A stretch of 64,000 nt of DNA, from contig RDEW01000003.1 of NCBI GenBank assembly GCA_011109175.1, forward strand, positions 682,001 through 746,000, given 5' to 3'. A model generated the notes under the pieces. That model searched no databases. It was not told the origin of the DNA and was given only the letters and a program-made list of their open reading frames with translations. This DNA is from Dicyema japonicum. Lineage: Eukaryota > Animalia > Dicyemida. Made by a program: the position numbers and the translations under genes. Below, piece after piece: positions 63,375 to 64,000 of this stretch. How positions within the stretch are numbered: position 1 is the stretch's first letter; each line of letters starts with the position of its first letter.

Positions 63375-63773
63375 TTAGTCAATAATATTCTGGTATGGCT
63401 CTACATAAAAATATAACTTCCCTTCATGTATGGCTCTTCTTCTTATTGTTTCCTCAGAATTTGACTCTGCCATCACCCACTTAGTTGATCTTGTATCGAA
63501 GAGTGTTTTGACTAACCACAGTCGAGCGTTTGTTATAACGTTAAACTTGACCCTCTGAGTGGGATATCTGAGCCTTCCGTGAATGAAACTTGACGTTCCA
63601 ATCATCATTATTGAATTACGGAACATTCCCTTTATTTGTCCGTAATGACACCGGTGGACCAACCCAGTTAAAAAATGTTCCAATAAAATTTTTACTTTTT
63701 TTATTAAATAGCGGAAAACTCCACAAGCAAACATAAAATTTAAATTATCAATAAACCATCGCGTTTTATTCAA
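63375..63773 (-). CDS. Possible exon(s) of an unknown gene
   Basis: 132-aa open frame in very AT-rich DNA; no recognisable motif. Confidence 0.2.
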   Translation of the reverse strand: MNKTRWFIDNLNFMFACGVFRYLIKKVKILLEHFLTGLVHRCHYGQIKGMFRNSIMMIGTSSFIHGRLRYPTQRVKFNVITNARLWLVKTLFDTRSTKWVMAESNSEETIRRRAIHEGKLYFYVEPYQNIID

Positions 63774-64000
63774 TCGGATTTATCTGAAATATGTTTGGTC
63801 AATTTAGTGAACCCGGGATGTCAATATTGTGTTGTTGAGTCAATATGGAAAAGATTTTCTCGTTTCGGATAGAACAATTTAATAAGCCAATAATGACAAA
63901 AATTAACAGTTACTGGCTGCTATCATAATTGAGCATATTTATGACAGTTTGCAAGAAAATGAGCTCAATTACGAGTTCCTTTCACTTCTATCATTTTTGA

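Overview
This is AT-rich eukaryotic DNA from a compact, fast-evolving animal. Spliceosomal introns are only 21-25 nt and the histones are highly divergent; a myxozoan or dicyemid-like parasite is plausible, but the taxon cannot be fixed from sequence alone. Host genes are a mitochondrial acyl carrier protein, a GH18 chitinase with CBM14 and a GPI-like tail, an SLC6 transporter, an N-acetylglucosamine kinase pseudogene, and a histone cluster (H2A/H3/H4/H2B plus a partial second unit). Most of the rest is nested, decayed transposons: RTE, L2/CR1-like, Jockey/I-like and CRE non-LTR elements, Ginger-like, pogo and Tc1 DNA transposons, and a tRNA-SINE. The most interesting signals are: (1) a covarying pseudoknotted RNA fold with HDV-ribozyme-like topology, found at the 5' end of two L2-like LINEs (each followed by a degenerate 2A/StopGo peptide and the APE domain) and inside two non-autonomous SINE-like families; (2) a Jockey/I-like LINE lodged at the H2B transcription start inside the divergent H2A/H2B promoter, at the same position in two histone units; (3) a ~6.9 kb inversion that can be reconstructed from three split nested elements; (4) cysteine-rich histones with poly(A) signals and no 3' stem-loop. 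Scattered 1-nt frameshifts in otherwise conserved genes suggest uncorrected long-read indels, so frameshift-based pseudogene calls are tentative. All alignments and folds were done by eye.
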